Source: Octopus bimaculoides | Taxonomy: Eukaryota | DNA length: 64,000 bases | NCBI RefSeq assembly: GCF_001194135.2 | Contig: NC_068984.1 | Span: 66,216,275-66,280,274 of the forward strand | Reading direction: 5' to 3' | Shown: piece after piece, positions 63,959-64,000 of the stretch | Layout: each line of letters begins with the position of its first letter | How positions within the stretch are numbered: the first letter of the stretch is position 1 | Made by a program: the position numbers and the translations under genes | The notes under the pieces: model-generated | The model's input: the letters and a program-made list of their open reading frames with translations, nothing else | Database searches by the model: none | What the model was told of the DNA's origin: nothing

Positions 63959-64000
<42 letters not shown>

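Overview
AT-rich, repeat-dense eukaryotic scaffold with nine N-gaps. The SINE/LINE families and microsatellite density point to a coleoid cephalopod, probably Octopus (inferred from family resemblance, no database search). No protein-coding gene could be identified. Most of the ORF track is translated microsatellite or N-runs; a few short splice-site-bounded open segments may be exons of a long-intron gene of unknown identity and strand. The window is mostly three tRNA-derived SINE families (called A, B, C here), RTE LINE 3' fragments, R4/Dong-like, CRE-like, Penelope-like and mariner relics, TTAA (piggyBac-type) and hAT MITEs, and a solo LTR. Main leads: (1) four type I hammerhead-ribozyme motifs at 47.5-48.9 kb, two of them back-to-back in a 262-bp palindrome, plus a second unrelated palindrome of similar layout at 58.5 kb; (2) a 4x tandem NF-kB/STAT/ETS-like motif beside a CpG-rich promoter-like patch at 53.2-53.8 kb; (3) an RTE insertion with twin-priming inversion geometry; (4) a (TAA)n-embedded non-coding element next to an R4/Dong-like fragment. 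Boundaries of degenerate repeats are approximate.
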